Part shown: positions 42,841 to 53,919 of the stretch, piece by piece
How positions within the stretch are numbered: the first letter of the stretch is position 1
Layout of the letters: each line of letters begins with the position of its first letter
Virus record (IMG/VR): IMGVR_UViG_3300033997_000243
Location: 62,001-126,000 of that record
DNA length: 64,000 bases
Reading direction: 5' to 3' (one strand)
Translations under genes and position numbers: made by a program
Notes under the pieces: generated by a model
What the model saw: only the letters and a program-made list of their open reading frames with translations
Databases searched by the model: none
Told to the model about the DNA's origin: nothing

Positions 42841-43229
42841 AAGTTAAAGTATTTGTAGCTAAGGCCACCAATCTGAGAAATAAACCGTTAAGTGAATACT
42901 CACAGCGCGAAGAGTTACGGAAATTTTGGCCGTTGCGTGATGCTATTGTTGTAGGGAACATGCAGGAAAAGCAACTGATAAATATGATTCGAGATCTTAT
43001 TGACTGGTACTACGATGCTAAAGATGAACGTGACGAAAATTTAGCATTAGCTTGTGTTGAGTTAATGCGTACTCGTGGAGTAACCAGACGCTTACCTCAA
43101 ATTGCGGCAGTAAATGCAGAATTCAACAATTCACCTACTTACAAACATTGGTCAAAGATAACACTGGCAGCCAGTATAGCCGAAAATAAAATCATTTTAG
43201 CTAATCGTAAACCAGAGGACAGATTTTAA
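42837..43229 (+). CDS. Hypothetical protein with leader variant
   Basis: Starts MKVKVFVAKAT. Confidence 0.7.
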   Translation: MKVKVFVAKATNLRNKPLSEYSQREELRKFWPLRDAIVVGNMQEKQLINMIRDLIDWYYDAKDERDENLALACVELMRTRGVTRRLPQIAAVNAEFNNSPTYKHWSKITLAASIAENKIILANRKPEDRF

Positions 43230-43588
43230 TGTTCCGAGCAAAAGTTGTAGATAAGTCTGTTGTATTTTTCTGTGTAGGTTGTAATCTTGAACATGCTGTC
43301 AACATAGATGTTACGAAGAATCCTAAATGGGTATTCAATTTTAATCTGAATACACCTACTCTTAAACCTTCGGTGGATATTAAATCATGTAATCCAGATT
43401 TAAGTCCTGAACTTGAAGAAGAATACGACAGAATTTCTGTATTACCTAATGGAAGAAATTTGGTTTTGAATGATCCACGGTTTAGAACAGTGTGTCATTC
43501 TTTTATTGAAAATGGAAAGATTCGATATTTACCTGATTGTACTCACAGTTACGCAGGTCAAACAGTCGAACTTCCAGCTAAGTATTAG
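43229..43588 (+). CDS. DUF6527-like Cys/His metal-binding protein
   Basis: FFC.GC...H.V.......W.FN.N...PTL.PS...CHSFI..GKI.YL.DCTH..AGQTVELP. Confidence 0.75.
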   Translation: MFRAKVVDKSVVFFCVGCNLEHAVNIDVTKNPKWVFNFNLNTPTLKPSVDIKSCNPDLSPELEEEYDRISVLPNGRNLVLNDPRFRTVCHSFIENGKIRYLPDCTHSYAGQTVELPAKY

Positions 43589-43627
43589 ATCTGTAATCGT
43601 GCAGATCTTTATCTGGAGAAAGTAAAG

Positions 43628-44146
43628 ATGGAAATACAACTAAACTACGTTCAGCAAGCAACACTTGCGTACATAAATGCCTGCCGTGAAAGTTCGATGA
43701 AAATTTCGGAAGCCATTCATGTAAAAGCGAATGAAGATGGTTCTTATTCACCTATTGAATTTAACGCCTCTGATGTAGCCGCGTTTCGAGTTATTGGATT
43801 ACGCGCCCCACAAAGAGCCGGAATGTCAATTTTTCAGGAATGGTTCTGTTATGAAGAATCTAAGAAATTGGAGCTTGAAAATAGTTCTGAACGAATTTTG
43901 TGGATAACGACTCAGGATAACGACTTTTCTTTACCTAGTTTTGTCGATTACTACAAAGTCAGACAGCCAGCAGAATATGGACGTTTGTGTCAGTCGTTAA
44001 AGAAAGCAGAGTTTAAAAAGTATCGTTGGATAATTATCGATCAACATACTTGGATTTGTGGACATGATATACATTTGGAAAAATTAATTTCAGCTGTGTA
44101 TGATGGAAATAACACAAAGCAATTCTTTTTAACATTCTCAAGTTGA
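43628..44146 (+). CDS. Hypothetical protein
   Basis: SD GGAG; last gene of the + arm. Confidence 0.65.
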   Translation: MEIQLNYVQQATLAYINACRESSMKISEAIHVKANEDGSYSPIEFNASDVAAFRVIGLRAPQRAGMSIFQEWFCYEESKKLELENSSERILWITTQDNDFSLPSFVDYYKVRQPAEYGRLCQSLKKAEFKKYRWIIIDQHTWICGHDIHLEKLISAVYDGNNTKQFFLTFSS

Positions 44147-44149
44147 TTG

Positions 44150-44174
44150 AAGGGGCTTCGGCCCCTTTTCTTTT
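44150..44174 (+). terminator. Intrinsic terminator ending the + strand arm (UUCG loop)
   Basis: AAGGGGC-TTCG-GCCCCTT TTCTTTT. Confidence 0.9.
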
Positions 44175-44199
44175 ACCTAAAGTTTATCAGTTTTTGGCA

Positions 44200-44235
44200 A
44201 ATAAAAAAGGGAACCCCGAAAGAGGTTCCCTTTTG
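44200..44235 (-). terminator. Intrinsic terminator of the groES-groEL operon
   Basis: Minus strand AAAAGGGAACCTC-TTTC-GGGGTTCCCTTTTTT. Confidence 0.85.
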
Positions 44236-44240
44236 CGATC

Positions 44241-46164
<1,924 letters not shown>

Positions 46165-46174
46165 GTTTCCTCTC

Positions 46175-46729
46175 TTATGTGTGAATTGCTAAGAATTTTC
46201 TTAAGTTGCTTGCGCGATTTCCTAAGAAATTAAATGTCGGAATGTCAAACTTTCTAGCAAGGTGAACTGCCGTTGCTGTTCCGCCTGACACTACTCCGTG
46301 GGTTTCCGGTGCAGAAAACAAAACGAATTTACTTCGAGTTTGTAGATCTTTACCGAGAATTTGATAAACATTTCGTATATGAAGTTCTCTGTGATCAGGA
46401 ATCATTTTATTGTACGCTGGATGTACACTTGCTGCATACGCCATTGCCTTAGATCTGATCTCAGTATCTGTAACAACAATGTTCCAATCTTCACTTCCAA
46501 AATGTTTGTTAAAACTTAAGTTGGGTAAGTATGCTTCAAAGGTACACTCTATTCCCAAACTTCTACAAAACTCAAATCCAGCTTGAGTAGCTTGATCTGG
46601 CCCAACTGCTTTTCCACTTCTACCCGTAAAGTTATCGGCAGCTAAATCAGTAGCGACTCTTTCCATAGCCAACAAAATCTTTTCGCAGGTTTCTCGTGAA
46701 CCAATTCCTGTGAAAATACGTTGACTCAT
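46175..46729 (-). CDS. SLOG/DprA-like Rossmann-fold protein
   Basis: FTGIGSRET, RSG.A.G.D, RNVYQILG.DL, SGGTATAV.LA....IP.FN. Confidence 0.75.
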   Translation of the reverse strand: MSQRIFTGIGSRETCEKILLAMERVATDLAADNFTGRSGKAVGPDQATQAGFEFCRSLGIECTFEAYLPNLSFNKHFGSEDWNIVVTDTEIRSKAMAYAASVHPAYNKMIPDHRELHIRNVYQILGKDLQTRSKFVLFSAPETHGVVSGGTATAVHLARKFDIPTFNFLGNRASNLRKFLAIHT

Positions 46730-47310
46730 TTAGCATCTGGTAAGTAATTGCAGCTTTCAAGCGAACGCTTCTTTTCGTAGTCAGGTAACTCAGTTTTGTA
46801 CAACAGAGTATCTAGTAAACGAGCTTCATTTGCATCAAAATACTCACAAAGAATTTTTGTTATTTGCGCTGCACGAGAATCAGAACTTTCACGGCCTTCA
46901 CGGATTGTATCAATTGTATAAACCACTGTAGGCTTAGAAGCGTTGATCTTACCTGTTGCCATTTGAATACGTTCGGCAACAGCATAATAAACTCCATGTT
47001 CATCTTCGTGTATTAAAGTGTGAACAACTTCAACATTTTTCACTTCGATCACATGGTTGTTATAACGAAAAACATCTAAACCAGTTTTACCTAATGGCTC
47101 ACTTGACGATCCAGAAGCAACTGGTTTAATTATTTCTGTCACGTTGTATTTAAAGCGTAATTCTTTTTGGAGAAACTCTTCAATGGACTTTGATTTGATT
47201 TTTGCAGCATAAATGCAAATATCATCAGGATCTGGATTTGTTTTATCGAACTTAGCTAACCTCAGTCGTCCAAGAGTAGAGCAAAATAGAACAACGAAAA
47301 TCGGTTTCAT
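46726..47310 (-). CDS. Hypothetical protein
   Basis: Coupled ORF, 194 aa. Confidence 0.65.
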   Translation of the reverse strand: MKPIFVVLFCSTLGRLRLAKFDKTNPDPDDICIYAAKIKSKSIEEFLQKELRFKYNVTEIIKPVASGSSSEPLGKTGLDVFRYNNHVIEVKNVEVVHTLIHEDEHGVYYAVAERIQMATGKINASKPTVVYTIDTIREGRESSDSRAAQITKILCEYFDANEARLLDTLLYKTELPDYEKKRSLESCNYLPDAK

Positions 47311-47311
47311 G

Positions 47312-47983
47312 TTATTTCCTTTTCAAACTTTCTTTCATTAAATTTCTTTCAGACTTCTTTTCTATTCCAACTACTCTTTCAGGCCGTAATAAAAGATCTG
47401 CGAAACTTTGGTTCATAGTTCTTCTTGCTCTGGATTCAAGACTATTCATTTGCATAATGGACATCATTGCCAAGTGTCCAAACATACTTACTCTTTTTCT
47501 TCTTTCATTAAGATCACGTTCATAACGCGCCTTGATTTCTATGCCTCTTTGTTTTTCTTCTTGAGCAATAAAATCAGCCGGATTTTCAATAAAGTTTGGA
47601 ATTGCAGATATTGCATCCCAAATTCGTTTGGTTGCTCGATCAGTATTACAATACTCGTCGATTACTTCAGTGTAATCTTTTGGACTTCCACCAATTTTGT
47701 ACGCGGCATAATAAACAAATAGCGTTTTACGGATATTACCTTCTGTGCTATCGTTGTGTACCAGCCATTTATCAATTCTCGGCCACATGCGAGTTTCTTC
47801 ACGCCAATGATTAATATTGTATTCTTTGAAAAGATGCCAACAATTATCGCCAGCTTTATCAATAAGCGTAAACATACGCTCTATTTCAAGAGGGAGTAGT
47901 TTACGTTTATTATTTGCCCAAGCTAGTTCAGGCAATTTTAATAAGGCTGTGCAAAATTCATTTGACAATTCTTGTACATTCAT
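47312..47983 (-). CDS. Hypothetical protein
   Basis: SD AAGGAG. Confidence 0.7.
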   Translation of the reverse strand: MNVQELSNEFCTALLKLPELAWANNKRKLLPLEIERMFTLIDKAGDNCWHLFKEYNINHWREETRMWPRIDKWLVHNDSTEGNIRKTLFVYYAAYKIGGSPKDYTEVIDEYCNTDRATKRIWDAISAIPNFIENPADFIAQEEKQRGIEIKARYERDLNERRKRVSMFGHLAMMSIMQMNSLESRARRTMNQSFADLLLRPERVVGIEKKSERNLMKESLKRK

Positions 47984-48002
47984 GTTGGCTCCTTAGTTAC
48001 CA

Positions 48003-48017
48003 ACTGATTTACAGTTT
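48003..48017 (-). promoter_or_regulatory. Repeated motif AAACTGTAAATCAGT (copy 1)
   Basis: 15/15 identical to 54237-54251; 12-nt core also at 60031-60042; just upstream of an SD. Confidence 0.55.
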
Positions 48018-48233
48018 TTTATTATCAGCCTGAATAGCCAAACACTTTTTAACTAAATAATCGTAGAGTCCATCTGGCATAACACGAGTGTATTTTTTGA
48101 ATTCAGATACCATAGTACCTTGGCGACTTTCGTTCATAAATACAGGCCGTGTGAATCTCCAATCATTTCTCCAAATGGTGTGGTCTGCCTCACAGCCATT
48201 TAAAATGTCGAACATTTTTTCAACTTTCATCAT
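48009..48233 (-). CDS. Hypothetical protein
   Basis: 74 aa, coupled to the upstream ORF. Confidence 0.6.
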   Translation of the reverse strand: MMKVEKMFDILNGCEADHTIWRNDWRFTRPVFMNESRQGTMVSEFKKYTRVMPDGLYDYLVKKCLAIQADNKKL

Positions 48234-49387
48234 TAACCTGTATACGTAATTGAGTAAATGGATTGGGATAAAGCCTTTTCAAATTCAGCTATTTCTGTTT
48301 CTGTGGTATCACGCTTATTCATTTTGATCAAGAAACTATCTTGATCTTTTGTCCAGATTTTTCCGTTCTTTCCAACATAAGTGATTTGAGTTTTGTATTC
48401 GGCACGTACACTGTCTTTGTTTGAGATCATCACAACCATGTATTCACAGCCGTTACGGTGTGTCCACACTGTCTTAGGTAAAACAACTTCAACGTCTTTA
48501 ATGTCTGAAGTTATGTCACCAAAGTCCAGATAATCAACTAACTGATCTGGCTTAAATATATTATCCCAAATTTCTTGAGATATTATATCGAAAGAGTATT
48601 CTAACTTTGATTTACCTTCAACAATTTCACTGCGATTCAAAACAAATTTGATTACTTTTTGGTGATTACTTTGTCTAGGATTTGCATAGAATGTGAGGGT
48701 AATCTCAACAGATTTAGAATCATCTAAGGTCTTAATTTCTGACCTATATAACTCAGGCATTACAGCGCGTGTGTTCAAAAAACTACGCTTTATCTCCAAC
48801 ATAGTTTCATGTAGTGTCTGTTTTATCGAGTCTAGTTCTGGCTGATCTCCGTTTGCTGAATGTGCATCCAAATAATTGTTGCAAATTTCAGAATGTATCA
48901 TTTCAAACGCAGTAAAGAAACTGATGTACTCAGGTAAAAATATATCGTAGTCGAATCCTGTGTAGATGGCTTGACCCCAAATTACTGCATGTTTGGCCGG
49001 AATATTCCGAGCAGTTTCATTCGTATACATAGAACGAATTGCATTGAATCCGATTTCAGATAATTCATTAAGATCTTCCGATGTATAAATACCTAATGCA
49101 ATTCTATCTTTGTTTGAAGTTGCTTCAGGCGAATTTGCTTTTGAAAAGAATGACGATGATTCTATACCTGCTAACGGAGGAAGTTCTGGTGCAATACGTA
49201 ATTCTGTTTGGAAATAATTTTCAATAGCCGCGTGTACGCGATCACGATTTTCCTGATAATCTATATCCAACACGTTTAGCTCTTGAAGTATTCCATTCCC
49301 TGATACATAATAAATCAGGGAATGAGGTTTTGCATTGTAATTAATGTCGGAAGTTACTTCAAATCTTTTTGGTACACAAAAATTCAT
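48233..49387 (-). CDS. Hypothetical protein with C-terminal DUF1653-like domain
   Basis: VWTHRNG.EY.V......YV...GKIW.K....F. Confidence 0.6.
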   Translation of the reverse strand: MNFCVPKRFEVTSDINYNAKPHSLIYYVSGNGILQELNVLDIDYQENRDRVHAAIENYFQTELRIAPELPPLAGIESSSFFSKANSPEATSNKDRIALGIYTSEDLNELSEIGFNAIRSMYTNETARNIPAKHAVIWGQAIYTGFDYDIFLPEYISFFTAFEMIHSEICNNYLDAHSANGDQPELDSIKQTLHETMLEIKRSFLNTRAVMPELYRSEIKTLDDSKSVEITLTFYANPRQSNHQKVIKFVLNRSEIVEGKSKLEYSFDIISQEIWDNIFKPDQLVDYLDFGDITSDIKDVEVVLPKTVWTHRNGCEYMVVMISNKDSVRAEYKTQITYVGKNGKIWTKDQDSFLIKMNKRDTTETEIAEFEKALSQSIYSITYTG

Positions 49388-50565
49388 TATGATATTCCTC
49401 TGCCTTTAAAGTTTTCTAATGGTATTCTATATTCAAAACCTGCGGCTGTTGGGTGTCCACCACCACCGAATCTTTTTGCAATTTCATTTACATCAACTGC
49501 TTTTGTAGAACGTAAACTAACATCCATTACGACAGTTTGGTTTTCAATGCGTAAGGTCACGTTGGCCGCTATATTGACACCTAAAAATTCGTAAAGTGCT
49601 TGAGCAGCATCCGATCTAAATTCACGAGGAAGAACAACACAAGGAACTTTAAAATAATAGCCGCTTGTCTCCACCGTCGCATGTGAAACAAAAGTAAACT
49701 CAAAATGCTTTCTAATCTCACTTTGAATAATCAACTTGCGTTGCATCAACAAGATTTTACCTTGTTTAATAATTGAATTCCAATCTCTGGTTGTTTCAAA
49801 GTCTTTAAAAACAGTATCAAGAGTTTGACGCTTTTCATTCAATCTTGTTGTGGTTAAGCTGTTTTGAATTTGAAGCATCATGTAGGCTACAACTTCATCT
49901 GTTCCCTCAACATCTTTTTTCCAAAGATCTCTACTGTTTACATAACGAAGAAATTCATACTCTTTACGTATTCCTTCTTCTGGAAATACATTTTGTGCCA
50001 ACATATCCATGTTTAGATTATGCTTTCCGCTTTGCATACGAGATAACTGTTCTATAGCGAATGCTGTCAATACTGCACCACAATAATCAGTAGATACCAA
50101 CCCATAGATAAGATCTTTCTCTATCCAACTACGTGCTATTTCTACACGATCTTTGTGGTGATCTATAATACAAATTTTATCGCCACGATTGACCACTTGC
50201 TGAATTTGATCATCTGACCAAGAAAAGTCTACCAATATATAAAGAGTATTGCCAGCGTACTTTCCAGGTAGGGCATCTTTGTAGTTTGCTGAAAGTGGGA
50301 TAACATCACGAATTGCACTTACTGCTCTGTTCCAATTTGTAGAACCCTTGACCTTTCTATTTTGAAACATAGAATCAGCTGTTTTCATTTCAAAGAATTC
50401 ATTGAAATTTATATTGCTGTCTTTTCGGTGCGCTATTGCTGTGAACAGAAATTTAGTCATTAAATAGCCTGACGAATAGCCGTCCAAGCATTGATCGCCA
50501 TGATATAAAATTCTTATGTGCTGGACACCATGAAACATATTGAGATCTAAGCTTTGTGTAATCAT
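49387..50565 (-). CDS. DHH-family phosphoesterase with DHHA1 domain
   Basis: LYHGDQCLDG, LVDFS, IIDHH, DLWK, SLRS, FGGGGHPTAAGF. Confidence 0.9.
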   Translation of the reverse strand: MITQSLDLNMFHGVQHIRILYHGDQCLDGYSSGYLMTKFLFTAIAHRKDSNINFNEFFEMKTADSMFQNRKVKGSTNWNRAVSAIRDVIPLSANYKDALPGKYAGNTLYILVDFSWSDDQIQQVVNRGDKICIIDHHKDRVEIARSWIEKDLIYGLVSTDYCGAVLTAFAIEQLSRMQSGKHNLNMDMLAQNVFPEEGIRKEYEFLRYVNSRDLWKKDVEGTDEVVAYMMLQIQNSLTTTRLNEKRQTLDTVFKDFETTRDWNSIIKQGKILLMQRKLIIQSEIRKHFEFTFVSHATVETSGYYFKVPCVVLPREFRSDAAQALYEFLGVNIAANVTLRIENQTVVMDVSLRSTKAVDVNEIAKRFGGGGHPTAAGFEYRIPLENFKGRGIS

Positions 50566-50566
50566 T

Positions 50567-51079
50567 TTAATTACCTTTGTAGAGCGAGAAAAACTTTGAT
50601 AAATTTACATGATACTTCGGATCTGTCTGCAAAAGCCTCAACTGATCTAGTGTAGGATCGCCTTTACTAACTAAGTTATATTTTACATAAAACTTTAATA
50701 GATTTTTACATTCAGCTTGTTGTATGGATTCAAAAGCTATTTTATTTAGTGTTGGGCGTCGAATATTTAACTGCTCATGAAATAACTTGGCTACCTCTGT
50801 GTCGGCTTTTGGGTATAAATAATTCTTATGTCTGAGAAAGGTATCAAATATCTCCTCTCCATTCTCTACAATAACTAGATTATCCTGAAGTAGATCTAAG
50901 TATTTATGAGACGAACCTTTATCTATTAGCTGCGATCTGATCATTTTGTGGTAACAAATCATCCATAGTTCAAACTCTTCCATGATTTGACCTATGTTAT
51001 GCACAACATTTTTAATTTCCGCTCTATTTTGACGCCAAGCTCGAAACTTTTCTTTCCACAAGTTTATTCTTTCAAACAT
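50567..51079 (-). CDS. Hypothetical protein
   Basis: SD AGGA; 170 aa. Confidence 0.6.
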   Translation of the reverse strand: MFERINLWKEKFRAWRQNRAEIKNVVHNIGQIMEEFELWMICYHKMIRSQLIDKGSSHKYLDLLQDNLVIVENGEEIFDTFLRHKNYLYPKADTEVAKLFHEQLNIRRPTLNKIAFESIQQAECKNLLKFYVKYNLVSKGDPTLDQLRLLQTDPKYHVNLSKFFSLYKGN

Positions 51080-51160
51080 TATAATCTTCCTAGTTCATCA
51101 AGAATTAAACACATTATGCACATGCCAGTAAAATGTTGGTGAGTATAAGTTGTTTTATTT

Positions 51161-51832
51161 TTACCCTTTGGTTTCGCCACGTAAAGCAGCGCTAATAGCA
51201 GAGTTAAAATCCAAAGTAGTTTGAGTGGCGAAAACATTGTTAACCTCTTGAATAAGTCTTGCTGGAAATGTTTGAGAATATTTGCTAGTTACTTCACCTA
51301 GTATACTCAAACATTCTTCAATATGTTGCTCGTTGATTCCGTATCTACCGTGCGGCTGTACAAAATGAGCTAAAAGATTTGCGTAAGGCTTGTTTTTATA
51401 CCAAGCATGATTTGGATGGTTGCGATAACATCTTCCGTCATCATCCAATATTACAAAACGCTTTACATTATTTTCAACAATGTAATTGAGTATTTCCAAA
51501 GACCGTTCGCCTCCGAAAATATTTCCATATAATTCAAAACCTACAAATTTGTTATAGGATTCTGTGTCTTTGCTATTATTTCTGCATACCCAACTTGATA
51601 TGTTTATAACACGAATATTGTAATCTAATATCATCCTTTTCAGCAATTTTAATTTGTGCGCTGATACACAATCATCTGTTTCATATCCATTAGGCATCCA
51701 ATGTAAGGTATCTGGATTGTTCCAACGATTTTCTCTTATTGCATTACTGTCGTTAGAGAATGTATACCAAACATCATAAATACCGTTAAGAACTCCATCC
51801 ATATCCAGAAACAAATAAGCAGGATCTTTCAT
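51161..51832 (-). CDS. HAD-superfamily protein (Swiss-Army-Knife RNA repair-like HAD)
   Basis: LFLDMDGVLN, ISSW, FVILDDD, .G......E....L. Confidence 0.8.
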   Translation of the reverse strand: MKDPAYLFLDMDGVLNGIYDVWYTFSNDSNAIRENRWNNPDTLHWMPNGYETDDCVSAHKLKLLKRMILDYNIRVINISSWVCRNNSKDTESYNKFVGFELYGNIFGGERSLEILNYIVENNVKRFVILDDDGRCYRNHPNHAWYKNKPYANLLAHFVQPHGRYGINEQHIEECLSILGEVTSKYSQTFPARLIQEVNNVFATQTTLDFNSAISAALRGETKG

Positions 51833-51876
51833 TTGACTACCTTAAATGAAAATAGAGCGGAAAATCCGCCCTATTC

Positions 51877-52263
51877 TTAGTTTGCCAGTGGAAGTCCACC
51901 ACCTACATCCGAAAATTCTTTCGTCTTTTCTATTACTGCTAAGGCTGCTTCTTTCAAAGCTTTCTTGTGTTGAGTTTGAGTCTGAACTTGTTTGATTTCA
52001 ATCATTTCTTTAGTTAGTGTTGATTGAATTTCATCGTAGGCCGCACTTAAGTCTGCAAGAGTAACACCATAGTGACGCGCTATCAATACAGGATCTAACT
52101 TTGCTCCACCTACAATACCGATAAAGTTGTTGTCACCAATTCTTTGGATTCTTACTGATACATGATCGATCACTGTCTGACGAAACAATACAACGGTTTC
52201 TCTTTCAACAACAGTTTCAAATATTGTTACTGGCTTCGCAAACAAACTTTTTAGAAAATTCAT
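51877..52263 (-). CDS. Hypothetical protein
   Basis: SD AGGT; 128 aa. Confidence 0.65.
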   Translation of the reverse strand: MNFLKSLFAKPVTIFETVVERETVVLFRQTVIDHVSVRIQRIGDNNFIGIVGGAKLDPVLIARHYGVTLADLSAAYDEIQSTLTKEMIEIKQVQTQTQHKKALKEAALAVIEKTKEFSDVGGGLPLAN

Positions 52264-52267
52264 ATTA

Positions 52268-53380
52268 TTACCTTTTAATCCAATGCCAAACAGGTTCTAC
52301 AAAGATACCTGCAACATCACTCTTACTTCCCACACGTTTAGCCATTCTATAGCCAAAATGTTTTCCTTCCTTTGCACCTATTTTTCGCATGTAGTTATTC
52401 AACGGATCACACAATTTATTAACAGTGTGATTAGAATATACATCGCTTATATTAATGCAAAGATGCCCACCTACACGTAAACTATCGTAAGCTTTTTGTG
52501 CAAGTGGTAATAAAAATTTCTTTATCCAAACATCACAATCTTTATACCGGATAAAACTTTGATCGTCATCACGACTGTAACGCTCAATATTGAAATAGGG
52601 CGTACTTGTGAAAGCTATGTCGTAATGATTTTGTTTTAATGCAGCGCGTTCAAATCCACTATAATGAATCTTCGCTATTTTATCGCTGCTTTTGTATCTG
52701 CGTATTTGTTGGTTGTAGCCTTCATGTAGATGAATGTTTGGATCGTAACCTGTGTATTCAACTGCACTACTTGCTAAGAATCCTTCAAGTCGATCACCCC
52801 AACCGCTACACATATCTAAAACTGCACCGCCTTGAGCAAATTTATCATACAATGCTTTTGCTGCACTTGGTCTAAACTGACTTGCAATATATTTACGCAT
52901 TGCAATGCACGAACCTAATACCTTTGAATCTACGTGGGCATTTTTTAAACTGAATACTGCACGTAACATGCTTTCACGGAATTTAGGTGTGTGCCAAACT
53001 CTCATAGGGCTTGGACTATTAATGCTGTCGCAAAACATTCTTGATCTATGGTGAAAATGATTGGATGCTGCATTCCCAACATTGCTGCTGTTTACGTAAC
53101 GACTTGCCAACGGAAATAATTCTGATGGATACCGTGTTACAACATCACCATTTTTCAACAAAGATCTTGAATTCAATTCCAACAATTTTTCATGAGCAAT
53201 ATCTGCTTCTTCTAGTGTAGGTGCTTTAAGAGGAAGCTCGATATTGTATTCGTCAATCAAATTGCTTAAAAACTTTACACTGGCCTCGACTCCATATTTT
53301 TCATGAAGTCGAGCCAGATTTTTGTGACTTATGTAAAGTTCGTTATCACGTATTTCAAAAAGCGCCATTACACAAATCAC
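52268..53380 (-). CDS. SAM-dependent DNA amino-methyltransferase (N4C/N6A type)
   Basis: QFRPSAAKALY, VLDMCSGWGDRL (motif I), G.DPN, FTSTPYF..E.Y (motif IV variant). Confidence 0.85.
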   Translation of the reverse strand: MICVMALFEIRDNELYISHKNLARLHEKYGVEASVKFLSNLIDEYNIELPLKAPTLEEADIAHEKLLELNSRSLLKNGDVVTRYPSELFPLASRYVNSSNVGNAASNHFHHRSRMFCDSINSPSPMRVWHTPKFRESMLRAVFSLKNAHVDSKVLGSCIAMRKYIASQFRPSAAKALYDKFAQGGAVLDMCSGWGDRLEGFLASSAVEYTGYDPNIHLHEGYNQQIRRYKSSDKIAKIHYSGFERAALKQNHYDIAFTSTPYFNIERYSRDDDQSFIRYKDCDVWIKKFLLPLAQKAYDSLRVGGHLCINISDVYSNHTVNKLCDPLNNYMRKIGAKEGKHFGYRMAKRVGSKSDVAGIFVEPVWHWIKR

Positions 53381-53386
53381 CTTTAA

Positions 53387-53716
53387 TCAAATGTATTCAC
53401 ATACGCTGTATATCATTTCAGTATAACCACCGTTCTGTGGGGTACTTTGCTTCAAAGTACCTTGAGAAAAGCGCTCTCTCAGTGTTGCTAACAATGTCAT
53501 GTTAGAACTTTCAACATTGTTTATTTTGAACCAGTGGAAATACTCTCGCGTTGTTCCCTGATCTACGCGCCAACTATAATATACACCATCTACAACAACA
53601 TACCAAAGTCTCATAGTAGGTGACACAGTGTATACTACAACACGATTGTTAATATCATAACGACACGTTAATTCAGGTAAAGCTTCTTTATCGTAGCGCT
53701 GAGAATGAACTGACAT
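53387..53716 (-). CDS. Hypothetical protein
   Basis: SD GAGGT. Confidence 0.6.
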   Translation of the reverse strand: MSVHSQRYDKEALPELTCRYDINNRVVVYTVSPTMRLWYVVVDGVYYSWRVDQGTTREYFHWFKINNVESSNMTLLATLRERFSQGTLKQSTPQNGGYTEMIYSVCEYI

Positions 53717-53727
53717 AACTACCTCTT

Positions 53728-53749
53728 GGTTAAGCCTAATTGCTTAACC
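53728..53749 (-). terminator. Hairpin / possible terminator
   Basis: GGTTAAGC-loop-GCTTAACC 8-bp perfect stem. Confidence 0.45.
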
Positions 53750-53754
53750 TTAAA

Positions 53755-53907
53755 TTAGTTAGCATAGCATTTCTTGAACAAGAACCCTAAATGCCGTTCC
53801 AACTCACCATATTTCTTTTCAAGAAAAAGTTGATGTGCTTGTGATCCATGTTGAACCCATATTTCACCATGTACCGGATGATCGTATTTTAATACATTGC
53901 GTGGCAT
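53755..53907 (-). CDS. Small His-rich ORF, 50 aa (MPRNVLKYDHPVHGEIWVQHGSQAHQLFLEKKYGELERHLGFLFKKCYAN), absent from the ORF track
   Basis: Translated by hand; GGGG SD-like; fills the gap. Confidence 0.55.
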   Translation of the reverse strand: MPRNVLKYDHPVHGEIWVQHGSQAHQLFLEKKYGELERHLGFLFKKCYAN

Positions 53908-53919
53908 AATTACCCCAAT

